From the NCBI GenBank assembly GCA_036172245.1, contig JAYWIR010000015.1:1736001-1800000 (forward strand): a stretch of 64,000 bases of DNA, in the 5' to 3' direction. The notes beneath the pieces were generated by a model. It was not told the origin of the DNA, ran no database searches, and was given only the letters and a program-made list of their open reading frames with translations. This DNA comes from Raillietiella orientalis (lineage: Eukaryota). This document shows, in pieces, positions 63,291-64,000 of this stretch (positions within the stretch are counted from its first letter, which is position 1; every line of letters begins with the position of its first letter). Position numbers and translations under genes: made by a program.

Positions 63291-63559
63291 TGGAGTCTTT
63301 GAACTGTGCACGCAGAAAAAAATAAGCCACCTGACAGTAGACCAAATGCTTATACAACTCTGGGAATGTTACTTTTCCGATTTCTGCCGTCAGCGACGGA
63401 ATTACGATTGGTTGGACGATCTGCTATTTCAGTGAAGCACGAAATCGCCAATGGAATCAATGGATCAGAATTTGTTGATGATTTCGCGCTGATACAAGCT
63501 AGGAAGATGAGAGATTTCAGAAGAAACGAGGTTCATTTTAAAAGAAATGGCCGATCGTA

Positions 63560-64000
63560 TTGAAGGAACGAACAAATAAGAGAAAGAAAAATGGCTCTGG
63601 TGGTTCGAACCACGTGCATCCCCATGGCATTTTCCTACGAAGTCACCATTTTTTTCCAAACACTTTTGATGCCGTGGAAGAAGCTTTTTGAAAGCCTCTG
63701 CACCAAATTCCGCCTCCTGGCAGCTCAGCCGGTTCGGCGGCACTGCAGTTTTCCACTCGAATCTTTGGGAAGCAAGCCACTCCTGGAGGTGCAGGAAGGA
63801 AGGGGTGATGGTAGTCACTCGACAGGACTCCAAGGTGGGTGCTCAAAAAGTTCCCATTTGAATTTCCGAATTGTCTGGAATGCGGGGATAGCATGTGCTG
63901 CCAAGGCGCGTGTTGTCATGAAGGAGAAGAACGATCCCTGATCTCAGCATTCCACGTCGTCGGTTCTGAATGGCACTCTGCAGCTCTGAAAGTGTTTGTA
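63560..64000 (-). mobile_element. Mariner transposase 3' remnant (continues beyond window)
   Basis: AIQNRRRGMLRSGIVLLLHDN, FKWELFEHPPWSP, LHLQEWLASQRFE, KLLPRHQKCLEKNGDFV; frameshifted. Confidence 0.9.

Larger units (their letters stand above)
50970..63530 (-). pseudogene. Polycystin-1-like (PKD channel domain) gene remnant, exons dispersed between TE insertions
   Basis: Ordered minus-strand peptides match the polycystin layout: LIPLAISCFTEI/IVQPIVI (~63400-63480), SVQSILDWQNGVITLAL (~57430-57480), KPQKQTRQKVPRSC (~57140-57185), ECYTPYS (57004-57024, after a tag acceptor), HDPRT..VLFIEI (~53810-53875), FSQHPENGYSASV (~53190-53225), RELLRLSNLRLYFF/CWNVV (~52780-52875), LLGDYSDMENSL (~51690-51725), GPFSFLF..NNM (~51280-51340). 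Stops and frameshifts are present. Confidence 0.55.

Overview
Eukaryotic (animal, probably invertebrate/arthropod-like; species not determinable) genomic window. Two apparently intact genes: a midkine/pleiotrophin (miple-like) gene at 24800-25415 (+) and ANAPC7 at 43301-45830 (+), both mostly built from very short introns (41-63 bp). A decayed polycystin-1-like gene is scattered over ~51-63.5 kb (-) between transposon insertions. Much of the GC-rich DNA is nested, degraded copies of one broad L1/Tx1-type non-LTR retrotransposon group (RT YADD remnants, zf-RVT-like C-terminus). These share a structured 3' end (covarying hairpins, possible pseudoknot, terminal hairpin, almost no poly(A)) and a CCCTTCGGG-rich repeat array, and some look like internally deleted bipartite elements. 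Also present: a 28S rRNA pseudogene fragment, tRNA-derived SINE heads, piggyBac- and Tigger-type MITEs, a mariner remnant, several perfect palindromes and a weak candidate rhabdovirus-like endogenous viral element. All protein and RNA family assignments are by eye from remembered motifs; no searches were run. TE boundaries are approximate.
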